Source: Octopus vulgaris
Taxonomy: Eukaryota
Assembly (NCBI GenBank): GCA_951406725.2
Contig: OX597818.1
Location: 47,120,001-47,184,000, forward strand
Direction of reading: 5' to 3'
Length of the DNA stretch: 64,000 nt
The notes under the pieces were generated by a model, which was given only the letters and a program-made list of their open reading frames with translations, was not told the DNA's origin and ran no database searches. Positions 63,687 to 64,000 of this stretch are shown here, piece after piece (within the stretch, counting starts at the first letter, position 1; every line of letters begins with the position of its first letter). A program made the translations under genes and the position numbers.

Positions 63687-64000
63687 TGGAAGCACTCCGT
63701 CAGTTATGACGACGAGGGTTCCGGTTGATCCGAATCAGCCTGCTCGTGAAATTAACGTGTAAGTGGCTGAGCACTCCATAGACACGGGTACCCTTAACGT
63801 AGTTCTCGGGGATATTCAGCGTGACACAGAGAGTGACAAGGCCGGCCCTTTGAAATACAGGTACAACAGAAACAGGAAGTAAGAGTGAGAGAAAGTTGTG
63901 GTGAAAGAGTACAGCAGGGATCACCACCATCCCCTGCCGGAGACTCGTGGAGCTTTAGGTGTTTTCGCTCAATAAACACTCACAACGCCCGGTCTGGGAA
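63687..64000 (-). mobile_element. SINE family C (head beyond window edge)
   Basis: Near-identical to 19374-19700. Confidence 0.85.

Noticed and set aside
48000-64000. A second host gene downstream of DENND2
   Set aside because: No recognisable exon with splice signals and protein motifs. Small exons or a UTR cannot be excluded by eye.

Overview
AT-rich, microsatellite- and retroposon-dense eukaryotic DNA. The repeat families suggest a cephalopod (Octopus-like) genome, which is inference. The only host gene I can support is the 3' part of a + strand DENND2/ST5-family Rab-GEF gene. It has 13 GT-AG exons between 3606 and 47314 that splice in phase into about 465 codons (uDENN-cDENN-dDENN, stop at 47312-47314), and its 5' end is not established in the window. 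The rest is intronic or intergenic: tRNA-derived SINE families with shuffled domains, RTE-tail retroposons, LINE relics (L1/Tx1, HERO, R4/Dong, CR1, RTE), mariner and pogo relics, piggyBac/pogo/hAT MITEs, Helitron-like elements, a 29-bp minisatellite, a ~0.9-kb (TATG)n tract and several long palindromes. The most notable signal is a set of minimal type-I hammerhead-ribozyme motifs of the kind found at Penelope-like element termini. One at 132-209 (+) has a fully intact catalytic core with a GUC site, and a second at 38271-38416 (-) has an intact core with a ~100-nt loop II. Most ORFs in the supplied track are repeat artefacts. Repeat boundaries were read by eye and are approximate.
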